A stretch of 64,000 bases of DNA, from IMG/VR virus record IMGVR_UViG_2660238657_000001, positions 1 through 64,000 of that record; one strand, written 5' to 3'. Below, piece after piece: positions 1 through 8,626 of this stretch (position 1 is the first letter of the stretch; every line of letters begins with the position of its first letter). Under the pieces are notes generated by a model. That model saw nothing but the letters and a program-made list of their open reading frames with translations, ran no database searches and had not been told where the DNA came from. A program made the translations under genes and the position numbers. This DNA comes from a virus (taxonomy: Duplodnaviria > Caudoviricetes).

Positions 1-22
1 CCATGCTGGGCGCACATAAAAG

Positions 23-55
23 AAAACCTCTAGTAAATTAATACTAGAGGTTTTT
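23..55 (+). terminator. Intrinsic terminator after a gene ending at the window edge
   Basis: AAAACCTCTAGTA / TACTAGAGGTTTT stem with T-tract, just after a TAA at 17-19. Confidence 0.7.
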
Positions 56-370
56 GGTTGTTAGGTATAAATTCATATCTTTTTTTAATAACATGAGTGA
101 ACTTTTGAACGTGTAATTTTTACATTAAAATACTTAGTAAAGTTATAATATATTTATTATATATCCTACTCTATTGTCAAATTCAGTATTATTCTTGTAA
201 AAATAACAAAATAGATTGCATTAAAAATTCAAATTTCAAAATAATTTAACAGTGTAATTATTAAGCAACTTTTATTTTAAAAATTATAAAATTGTATAAA
301 TTGATATTTAATAAACACCTTTTCAAATTGTTGTTTTTAATATTGTTGTAATAAGCAAAACTTTACAATC

Positions 371-399
371 ATTCAACAGAATATACAATTCTGTTGAAT
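371..399. other. Candidate tyrosine-recombinase core (res/dif-like) site
   Basis: ATTCAACAGAA-TATACAA-TTCTGTTGAAT: 11-bp inverted arms with 7-bp spacer, 64 bp upstream of a tyrosine recombinase. Confidence 0.55.
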
Positions 400-463
400 C
401 TTTAGACAAGCTTATGATATACTAATATCAATGGTTTAAGTCTATTGAAGGAGTTTTAAGATT

Positions 464-1282
464 ATGATAAAAAGGTTAGATGAATTTATTGAATACTTAT
501 ATCAAGAAGATAAAGGTGAAAAAACTATTTATACTTATAAAAATGATATTAAAAGATTTATAGAATATTTTCAAAAGAATAAATTAGAAGTAAATACAAT
601 TGAATTAAGGAAATTTAAAGACTATTTATTAGAAGGATTACAGCTATCCCCTAAGACAGTAAATAAAAATATAGTAGCTATTAGAAAATACTTAGACTTT
701 ATACATATTAATGATGTTAATATCAAAATGATAAAGATTCAAGATCAAGGATTTTTAGATGACATACTGACTAATAGTGAAGCTATGAGAATGATAAAAG
801 AAGCTGATAAAGCACGTGATTTAAGGGCTAAAGCATTTATATGTACATTATACTATACGGGTATGAGAGTTAGCGAAGCTATCTCAGTATTAGTAAGAGA
901 CATTGATGAAGATAGTATTAGAATACTCGGGAAGGGTAAAAAGTATAGAACAGTGTTAATTCCTAAAAAACTACAAAGAATATGGAGAGATTACATGACT
1001 GTTAGAGTAAATAATAGTGATAAATTATTTACAGGTCAAAGAGGTGGAATCAGTAGATTTACTGCTTTAAATATGGTAAAAAAATATGGCGGTAAAGCTA
1101 AAGTAAAAAAAGATAAGGTGTACAATCACGCATTTAGACATCTGTTTTGTATGAATTTAGTTGATAGAGGAATACCAATAGATGTAGTGAAGGATTTAGC
1201 AGGTCATGCCTCAATCTTAACAACAAATATATATACTCGAAGAAGTAAAAAACAATTATTAGATGTAATAAATCAATTTTAG
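464..1282 (+). CDS. Tyrosine recombinase (XerC/D-like integrase/resolvase)
   Basis: Complete catalytic set: TGMRVSE, GKGKKYR, HAFRH, LAGH, TNIY. Confidence 0.92.
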   Translation: MIKRLDEFIEYLYQEDKGEKTIYTYKNDIKRFIEYFQKNKLEVNTIELRKFKDYLLEGLQLSPKTVNKNIVAIRKYLDFIHINDVNIKMIKIQDQGFLDDILTNSEAMRMIKEADKARDLRAKAFICTLYYTGMRVSEAISVLVRDIDEDSIRILGKGKKYRTVLIPKKLQRIWRDYMTVRVNNSDKLFTGQRGGISRFTALNMVKKYGGKAKVKKDKVYNHAFRHLFCMNLVDRGIPIDVVKDLAGHASILTTNIYTRRSKKQLLDVINQF

Positions 1283-1307
1283 AATAGCTTAAATGCTATT
1301 CTTTTTT
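1281..1307 (+). terminator. Intrinsic terminator
   Basis: AGAATAGC / GCTATTCT stem plus T-tract directly after the recombinase stop. Confidence 0.65.
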
Positions 1308-1365
1308 ATTGTGTAAAAACAATAAACATATGGAAAATAAATTAAAAAGTAATTGAAATAAGAGG

Positions 1366-1584
1366 ATGGTGATTACAATGCAATATAAATTAGTTTATAT
1401 ATGTTTTAGTAAAAATCAAAAACATTATTTAAAATCTAAAGGGCATAAATTCTTATTTAAAGGGTTACATCCTATAAATCATAAAGCATTTTGGGTATTT
1501 GTAAATGATTTTGTACTAGAACAAGATTTAAAAGAACGGAAAAGAAATAATCCAAGATTTAATAATGATAATAAATTAAAATAG
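1366..1584 (+). CDS. Small phage protein, DUF5659-like (paralogue 1)
   Basis: Y.CFS..QK.yLKSKg..fl....H......WvF pattern shared with the next ORF; start could be ATG at 1378. Confidence 0.6.
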   Translation: MVITMQYKLVYICFSKNQKHYLKSKGHKFLFKGLHPINHKAFWVFVNDFVLEQDLKERKRNNPRFNNDNKLK

Positions 1585-1635
1585 AACAATTTATGTGCTA
1601 ATGGATACAAATCAAAAATAAGGAGTGATTAAAAA

Positions 1636-1818
1636 ATGCATCGGAAATATTATCAATGTTTTAGCTATAAGCAAAAAGATTTTTTAAAAAGTAAAAACAT
1701 TGATTATTTAATTAAATGTCGACATTATGAGACAGGTAAAAGAATGTGGATTTTTATATTTGATAATGACAGTGTGTTAAGCAATGCTTTAACTGAATGG
1801 TCAAATACAAATCCATAA
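1636..1818 (+). CDS. Small phage protein, DUF5659-like (paralogue 2)
   Basis: AGGAG RBS; YQCFSYKQKDFLKSK...H...WIF...ALTEW. Confidence 0.65.
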   Translation: MHRKYYQCFSYKQKDFLKSKNIDYLIKCRHYETGKRMWIFIFDNDSVLSNALTEWSNTNP

Positions 1819-1867
1819 AATTAAAATAAGTTTATAAATTATAGTTTATTAAGGAGGTTTTATAATA

Positions 1868-3253
1868 ATGGATAAAAAGAAATATAGTAATGAGGAATTA
1901 ATACAGGAATTACAAAAGGTATATAATAAATGTGGATATATTTCAACAAACTCTATAGATACATTCGGTAAATATAAAAGTTATTTGTATACTAGACGTT
2001 TTGGTAGTTTGAGTAATGCTATGTCATTAATAGGTGTAGATATTGAACGTAATAATATCATAAAAAGTAAATATTCATCACAAGGTAGTAAACGTAAATA
2101 TACGAGAGAACAATTATTACACGCATTGAGAAAATATTATAATGAAGTAGGATTCCCAATACAACGTAAATTTAAAGCTATTGACGGACTTCCTTCTTAT
2201 ACCTTATATCATACTGAATTCGGATCGTTTAAAAATGCAATTTTGATTAGTGGTATTAAAATTCCTAAGAGTCGTGAGTGTTATTTTAACAGAAGTAAGC
2301 TAACAAATAAGGAGCTATTAAGTTTATTGAAATATTATACTGAAATAAAATTAAAACATAACGGAATTTCATTATTAACAAATGATGAAATAGATTATAT
2401 ACAAGAAATGCCTAGTAGTTCAGCTTATTGCAATAGATTTGGTGGTATAGTTGAAGCATATAAATTAATTAATATAAATTATTATACATATAATCATGAT
2501 TTATTAATTGAAGACATGAAACAGAAATATGAAAAAATTAAAAATATTATAGGTCGCACACCGAATAGCCGAGATTTGGATTCCTTTTCACAGAAAGAAA
2601 GCAAGTATTATTCTTCCTCAACATATATTAATCATTTTGGTAATATATCTAATCTTCAAAAAGTCATGGGAGATATACCTACTATTTTAGGAAAATCAAT
2701 TACATACGAAGAATTAGTAGACAAGATATATAGATTAAAAGAAGAAATTGGAGATATTCCTACTCAAAACGATATTGATGAGTGTGAATATTTACCTAGC
2801 ACAACATGTATTATTCGAACATTCGGGTCTATTCGTGAAATGCAATTAAAATTATTTGATAAAACATATTCTAAAATTAAGGTTACGTGCAATGGTACCA
2901 TATGTAACTCAAGCTACGAATACAAAGTTGCTAAAGTTCTAGAAAATAATAATATTCCATTTGAAAAAGAGGAGCTATATAAAAATTATATTGAAAATTT
3001 TAACAAAGGCTATAAATTTGATTTCACAATTATATATGATAATAAAAAATATTTTATTGAAGTTTTTGGAATAACTGGAATAAAAGATTATAAAACAAAA
3101 ACTAAAGAAAAAATTCAATTATGTAAAAATAACAAACTACCTCTCATTGAATTATATCCCCAAGATCTATGGGATAAATCTTATGAGGAAATAAAACAAA
3201 ATATATTAACTCAAATCCATCAGTTAGATGGATTTTTTATTTATAAAAATTAA
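1868..3253 (+). CDS. Homing-endonuclease-associated repeat protein with C-terminal PD-(D/E)XK-type nuclease
   Basis: Five repeats of the form eL...L......g..P.........pS...y...FGs; C-terminal YKFDF...YFIEVFG. Confidence 0.75.
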   Translation: MDKKKYSNEELIQELQKVYNKCGYISTNSIDTFGKYKSYLYTRRFGSLSNAMSLIGVDIERNNIIKSKYSSQGSKRKYTREQLLHALRKYYNEVGFPIQRKFKAIDGLPSYTLYHTEFGSFKNAILISGIKIPKSRECYFNRSKLTNKELLSLLKYYTEIKLKHNGISLLTNDEIDYIQEMPSSSAYCNRFGGIVEAYKLININYYTYNHDLLIEDMKQKYEKIKNIIGRTPNSRDLDSFSQKESKYYSSSTYINHFGNISNLQKVMGDIPTILGKSITYEELVDKIYRLKEEIGDIPTQNDIDECEYLPSTTCIIRTFGSIREMQLKLFDKTYSKIKVTCNGTICNSSYEYKVAKVLENNNIPFEKEELYKNYIENFNKGYKFDFTIIYDNKKYFIEVFGITGIKDYKTKTKEKIQLCKNNKLPLIELYPQDLWDKSYEEIKQNILTQIHQLDGFFIYKN

Positions 3254-3271
3254 TATGAGGAGTGATTAAAT

Positions 3272-4315
3272 TTGAAAAATACTGAAAATGTAAAAATGAA
3301 TATGCTAAGAGAACGTGCAAATAATTTACCAGAAGTTACAAATAAAATGTATAGTGAGTGTAATGAACATAATAGAGAGATGATATCTGAATTTTTTGAA
3401 ATACATCCTTTACTCTCTCCTGCTACTAAAAGACAATATAAATCAGCAACAAGACAATTCTTATACTGGGTTCATACATCCTTAAATGGTAAGCCGTTAT
3501 ATAAAATAACCAAAAGAGATTTTAATAGATATTTAAGTTATCTTATTAATAGAGGTATGTCTAGCTCAGGAGTTAAATTTAAAAAATCTAGCGTTAGTAC
3601 AGTATGTGAATATCTTGAAACTATAGTCGCTGAAGATGATGAAAAATATGAAACATTTCATAATTTTACAAAAACGGGTATGAAAATACCTACTAATCAT
3701 GTATACAATAAGATACCTATTTCCGAAGAAGAATATAAGTTGCTTATAGACACTTTAATGGAAGATGAAAATTACATGGGGTGTGCTTGGGTTGCTTGTG
3801 CTTTTAATACAGGTGCAAGGCGTGGTGGCATTAGACAGTTTAAAACAGAAATAATTGATAAACCAATAAAAGAGGGACAATCTTTTGTAATGTCTAATAC
3901 CGTAAGAGAAAAAGGAGCTTCCATTGATGGGAAACCAGTAGAATATATGATTCCAATACCTGCATTGTATTATATAAAATTATGGTGTGAAAAACGTGGT
4001 TATGACCATGAATACATATTTACAGTTAAATACGGTGGTGAATATAAGCCAATATCACTAGATTGGGCGAATAAGTTCTGCGGTGATGTTCTTAGTGATA
4101 TTTTAGGTAGACGTATAAATCCTCATTTATTTAAGTCATCGGCTGTATGCTATTACTTATCACATGGAGCTGATTTAAAATTTGTGTCTAAGAATATAGC
4201 CAAACACAATGATATTTCCACAACTTCAAATTTTTATGATCTTAGAACATTTGAGGATGAAAAAAATGAGGTATTCGCTAATTTACCATCAATAAATACC
4301 AAAACTGTTGATTAA
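3272..4315 (+). CDS. Phage tyrosine recombinase-family protein with non-canonical HxxK motif
   Basis: N-terminal SAM-like domain; TGARR, REKG, INPHLFK, AKHND, NFYD. Confidence 0.8.
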   Translation: MKNTENVKMNMLRERANNLPEVTNKMYSECNEHNREMISEFFEIHPLLSPATKRQYKSATRQFLYWVHTSLNGKPLYKITKRDFNRYLSYLINRGMSSSGVKFKKSSVSTVCEYLETIVAEDDEKYETFHNFTKTGMKIPTNHVYNKIPISEEEYKLLIDTLMEDENYMGCAWVACAFNTGARRGGIRQFKTEIIDKPIKEGQSFVMSNTVREKGASIDGKPVEYMIPIPALYYIKLWCEKRGYDHEYIFTVKYGGEYKPISLDWANKFCGDVLSDILGRRINPHLFKSSAVCYYLSHGADLKFVSKNIAKHNDISTTSNFYDLRTFEDEKNEVFANLPSINTKTVD

Positions 4316-4385
4316 ATCATTCATCAAACAAAAACACAATAATTAAAATAAATTAAAAATCATAACAAAGAAAGGAGGCTTTATA

Positions 4386-4754
4386 ATGAATAGTGAAGAA
4401 TTATGGCAACAAAGAACCCAAGATGACATCGAAAATAATAAAAGTGCAATTAAGGATCACGAACTTAGGATTCGTCAATTAGAAGAAAATAAAATTAGAA
4501 TGGAGTTACAACTAAATGAAATTTCTAAAGGTCAAATAGAATTAAAAAATTTAATGTATGAAACCCAAAAAGAGAATCGCAAAACATCTGAATTGATGAT
4601 GACTAAGGTGACAGATACTCTAACCTCTACATTTAAATCTACCATTAACACTGATAACAATATTAAACTTACAGATAGAAAGGAATTCTGGGGTATTGTA
4701 GGAACTATTATTGGTATAGGAGTTATGATTGCACAATACTTCTTTACTAAATAA
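4386..4754 (+). CDS. Coiled-coil protein with C-terminal transmembrane helix (XhlA/holin-like)
   Basis: DHELRIRQLEE coiled coil, terminal FWGIVGTIIGIGVMIAQYFF; strong AGGAGG RBS. Confidence 0.6.
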   Translation: MNSEELWQQRTQDDIENNKSAIKDHELRIRQLEENKIRMELQLNEISKGQIELKNLMYETQKENRKTSELMMTKVTDTLTSTFKSTINTDNNIKLTDRKEFWGIVGTIIGIGVMIAQYFFTK

Positions 4755-4760
4755 CCATAA

Positions 4761-4970
4761 ATGAAACAAATAGGGGGTGATAACAAATTGAGCAACAATA
4801 TGATTAATAAGCAAAATTTGCTTACATATTTAATTAAAGAATTAGAAAAAGAGAATTATACTGAAGATATGTTACATAATGAGTATACTTATAATTGGAT
4901 GCAAGGATATAAAAGAGGGATTTTATCTACAATTGAGTTAATAAACAGATACATAGAAAAAGAGAACTAG
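4761..4970 (+). CDS. Hypothetical protein (true start probably TTG 4788 or ATG 4800)
   Basis: ORF with internal GGGGTG RBS, followed by a terminator. Confidence 0.5.
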   Translation: MKQIGGDNKLSNNMINKQNLLTYLIKELEKENYTEDMLHNEYTYNWMQGYKRGILSTIELINRYIEKEN

Positions 4971-4987
4971 CATAAGTCTAGTTCTCT
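4961..4987. terminator. Probable bidirectional terminator at the convergence of the + and - gene blocks
   Basis: AGAGAACTAG-N7-CTAGTTCTCT perfect 10-bp stem. Confidence 0.65.
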
Positions 4988-5039
4988 AAGTCTATAAAAT
5001 AGTTAATAAAAAGTCCCTTATATATGTATAATACCAAAC

Positions 5040-5489
5040 TTATTCTAATATATCAACAATAATTTCCATTCTAGGATTTTCTTTATCATAGCCTCCCATT
5101 ATAATTAAAGGATTTAGATGTTTGTAATCATCGTCAACTAGCATACCACTTTCAACTAGTGGATCTAATAGGAACTTTGGACTTTGGTTGTCATTATCTC
5201 TACGTCTTCTATTTCCATAATAGTTCTTCATTGTAATTTGAAATTTCTCTAAATGTAAATTCTCATATCCTAGTTTATTAACCAACCACAATCCAAACTC
5301 TTTCCATTTACTTTTCATATTTCTCATGGTCATTCTATTAATAGCCCATACATTTATAGACGGATGAATTGGACTTTTAAATGGCTTATTTCTTGCTCTA
5401 GGATGTTTTTTAAAATAATACCCCTCATATTCTTGCAATAATTTATTATCTATGGTTAATATATATTGTTTTTGGTTTTTATTATCAAT
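5040..5489 (-). CDS. rusA: RusA-family Holliday junction resolvase (probable ATT/ATC start; ORF track starts at 5438)
   Basis: RRRDNDN..K...D.L...G.LVDDD and PRMEIIV motifs; frame stays open back to the AAGGAG RBS at ~5502-5507. Confidence 0.8.
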   Translation of the reverse strand: MDNKNQKQYILTIDNKLLQEYEGYYFKKHPRARNKPFKSPIHPSINVWAINRMTMRNMKSKWKEFGLWLVNKLGYENLHLEKFQITMKNYYGNRRRRDNDNQSPKFLLDPLVESGMLVDDDYKHLNPLIIMGGYDKENPRMEIIVDILE

Positions 5490-5558
5490 GATAAAGCAAC
5501 ACTCCTTTTAAATTAAATATTAAATAACACATGTCAACGTAAAGTTTACATTGTAAAT

Positions 5559-6230
5559 CTACTTAACATAATACTTATTATGAAAACTAATTTCTTTTAG
5601 TACATTAGTTTCATAATGTTTCTTTATTATTAATTCATTTTCTAAGTTATGAACTACAGTATAAAATTCTTCAAACCTAGTAATTCTATATCCTATGAAT
5701 CTTCTGTTTCCCACATTTCCATTCCAACTTTGATTAAATATACAGCCTATTCCTCCATTACTTATAAAAGAAAATATATGATCTAAATTATCATCAAGTA
5801 ATATTCTATTTGATTTGGCTAACAATCCTTTGTTATGAGTAAATACTAAGTTTTCATCAATGCTAAACCATTTAAAATATTGTTGTAACCATTGTATCTT
5901 TTCTTTTATACAATAATCAGAATCATATTGAGGATAGGTGCAAAATATTATCTTAAATCCTTCCTCATGTAATTTATTTAAAGTTTTAATTGAATTCTCT
6001 GTTGGTCTAGGATTAATAAAAGTTCCTTTTTTAATTAACCGTTGTTCAAAATATGACTTATATGCTTTCTTGCAATCTCCCCACCAATAAGATTTATTAT
6101 CTTGCCAATTCATATTATCATCAAAATCTTTGTTGTATTGATTAACTACAAATTCAGATAGATTAACTAATACATCGTCCATATCACATATTATTTCTAA
6201 ATTTTTATTGTGTATATTTATGTTTTCCAT
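5559..6230 (-). CDS. 5'(3')-deoxyribonucleotidase, NT5C/HAD family
   Basis: DMDDVL motif I, EKIQWL, ILLDDN motif. Confidence 0.85.
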   Translation of the reverse strand: MENINIHNKNLEIICDMDDVLVNLSEFVVNQYNKDFDDNMNWQDNKSYWWGDCKKAYKSYFEQRLIKKGTFINPRPTENSIKTLNKLHEEGFKIIFCTYPQYDSDYCIKEKIQWLQQYFKWFSIDENLVFTHNKGLLAKSNRILLDDNLDHIFSFISNGGIGCIFNQSWNGNVGNRRFIGYRITRFEEFYTVVHNLENELIIKKHYETNVLKEISFHNKYYVK

Positions 6231-6344
6231 TACTTATAAACCACCTTTCATCCCCTATATAATTATTTTTATTGTATAGGGGATTTTTTATTTTTTGTAG
6301 AACTAATTTCACATCAATTGAATATATGTTTTAATTTTATTTTA

Positions 6345-8615
6345 TTAACTCTCTTGTTTTATTATTTTGATTACTTTGTCATTCTTTTGCCTTGTATTAT
6401 ATATGAAATTACCTTGAGTATTTCTATTACCTTTTAAATATTCAGTCATAGATTCTTTACCATTTGGGGCTATATCGTTAAGCATAATAAACTTAGATTT
6501 ACCCTTTTCTGTTTCGATATTAAAGTTATCATCTACTGTTACACCTATAATTGAAGCTATTATTTTATTAGTTTGGGTATCAATTTTCATTCCAGATATA
6601 CCTTGAGTATTTCTTGATTTGGTAGGTCTGATTTGAGATGTGTTAATTATTAACGCTTTACCCTCTTGTGATACTAGAAAGATATCTGTATCATTGGTTA
6701 TTAGTTGGATAGATACTATTTTACTCTCAGTATTGTATGCACTCATTGGAATTTGTCTATTTTGTTTAGGCTTATATGTATGTAAATCCGTTCTAGCAAT
6801 ATATCCATTTTCAAATACTGAGATAACCGATCCCTTGTAATCTTTAGTAGTTGATATGTAAATTACTTTTTCATCATTTTCAAGATGTTCACCTAATAGA
6901 TTAGGTAAGAAATCTCCGTATGTAGATGGCTTATGTTCATCTAATTCATATACTTTACGAATTAATACATTGCCCTTATTAGTGAATAATAATAAATCAT
7001 CTTTATTATTGCATTGATGGAATTGTAGTATTTTATCATCATCCTTTAATTTTTGAGATTGTGAAAAGACTCTATTTTTCTTTATGTATTGTTGTTCTGT
7101 AAGAACTATAGTAGGATTGAAGTCTTCTACTAAATCCTCGTGAGATGTATCTTCTATTTCATGTTTATTTAAAAGCTCTGTTTTTCTCGCTTTACCGTAG
7201 TTATTCTTTACTTTTTCAAGCTCATCAATAATAATATTTTGAATATCTTTTTCTGATTGTAATAAACCTTTTAATTTATCATGTTCTTTTTGTATCTCTA
7301 ATATAGATTGAACTTTATTATTAATATATTGTTCATTGATATTTTTTAATTTCATATTAGCTATATCATTAGCTTGCTGTTCATCTATATTGAATTCTTT
7401 TCTTAGATTATTAATAATTAAGCTATCTGTTTTAGAATATCTAATAATTTCTACAGCTTTATCAATATTTAATAATACTTTTTCTAAGCCTTTTAAGAAG
7501 TGTAATAATTTTATTTTATTGTTGAGATCGTATTTAATAGATTCTTTAACACACTCAATTCTAAATTTAAGCCATTCATTTAATATTTGCTTAATACCTA
7601 ATACTTGAGGTCTATAATTTACTAAACAATTGAAATTACAATTGAATGATTTATTTAATGATGTATATTTAAATAGTTTTTTCATTAATCTATTAGGATT
7701 CACATTGTTTTTAATTTCTATTATAACCCCCATTTCTTCCTTTTTTAATTTTGTATTATATCCTGTTCCATCTTTTACATCTTTAACCTCTTTTAATCTG
7801 TCAGATTTCATAAGATTGGTAATTTCTTTTTTAATATCTTCTACCGTAGTGTTGTATGGAATTTCATATACCTCAATGGTATTTTCTTTCTCATTATATT
7901 TATACTTAGCTTGTAACCTAAAACTACCTCTTCCTGTTTCGTAGATTTTATTTAGATCAAAATTACTTGTTATTATATAACCACCCGTACTGAAATCTGG
8001 AGCAGTTAAATAGTCTATAACATTAATATTATTATTTTTAATATACTCTTGAGTCAAATTACATACTTCTACTAAATTAAAACTACACCAATTACATGCT
8101 TCACCAACGGCAACCCCACTATTAGGTTTAATCAAAATATTAGGAAATGTATTTGGTAAACATAATGGCTGTAAATGCTCCTTATCTTCACCAATAAATT
8201 TAACTATGTCTTTATCGATATTTTTAAACATTTCTTGTGAAAATTTATTAAGCCTAGCTGATGTATATCTCATGGCAGAAGGAGAATCTTTGGAGTATAT
8301 TTTCCCAAAAGCTCCCTCACCATCAATAAAACCTTGTAATAAACTTTCATTTTGATCTGTTAATAACGATAATGCATTATAGACAGAAGAATCTCCGTGA
8401 TTATGTATTTTTAAAATATCCCCCACAACTTTACCACATTTGGCTCTAGGTTTATTATGTAATAATCCGTTGTTCCACATTGTCCATAATATACGTCTTG
8501 CTATAGGTTTTAATCCATCCCTAACATCTGGTAAAGCTCTATCCGTAATAACTTTCATGGCATATGGCATATAATATTCTCTAATTGCTTCGCTAACTTC
8601 TGATTGTATTATCAT
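6345..8615 (-). CDS. gyrA: Type IIA topoisomerase subunit A (GyrA/ParC-like)
   Basis: DRALPDVRDGLKP, HNHGDSSVY, catalytic AMRYT, beta-pinwheel-like C-terminus. Confidence 0.93.
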   Translation of the reverse strand: MIIQSEVSEAIREYYMPYAMKVITDRALPDVRDGLKPIARRILWTMWNNGLLHNKPRAKCGKVVGDILKIHNHGDSSVYNALSLLTDQNESLLQGFIDGEGAFGKIYSKDSPSAMRYTSARLNKFSQEMFKNIDKDIVKFIGEDKEHLQPLCLPNTFPNILIKPNSGVAVGEACNWCSFNLVEVCNLTQEYIKNNNINVIDYLTAPDFSTGGYIITSNFDLNKIYETGRGSFRLQAKYKYNEKENTIEVYEIPYNTTVEDIKKEITNLMKSDRLKEVKDVKDGTGYNTKLKKEEMGVIIEIKNNVNPNRLMKKLFKYTSLNKSFNCNFNCLVNYRPQVLGIKQILNEWLKFRIECVKESIKYDLNNKIKLLHFLKGLEKVLLNIDKAVEIIRYSKTDSLIINNLRKEFNIDEQQANDIANMKLKNINEQYINNKVQSILEIQKEHDKLKGLLQSEKDIQNIIIDELEKVKNNYGKARKTELLNKHEIEDTSHEDLVEDFNPTIVLTEQQYIKKNRVFSQSQKLKDDDKILQFHQCNNKDDLLLFTNKGNVLIRKVYELDEHKPSTYGDFLPNLLGEHLENDEKVIYISTTKDYKGSVISVFENGYIARTDLHTYKPKQNRQIPMSAYNTESKIVSIQLITNDTDIFLVSQEGKALIINTSQIRPTKSRNTQGISGMKIDTQTNKIIASIIGVTVDDNFNIETEKGKSKFIMLNDIAPNGKESMTEYLKGNRNTQGNFIYNTRQKNDKVIKIIKQES

Positions 8616-8626
8616 TAAATCTCCTC

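Noticed and set aside
1-19. GC-rich CCATGCTGGGCGCACA resembling a tRNA 3' end
   Set aside because: No T-loop or CCA visible; it reads equally as ...HAGRT-stop before a terminator, and is truncated by the window.
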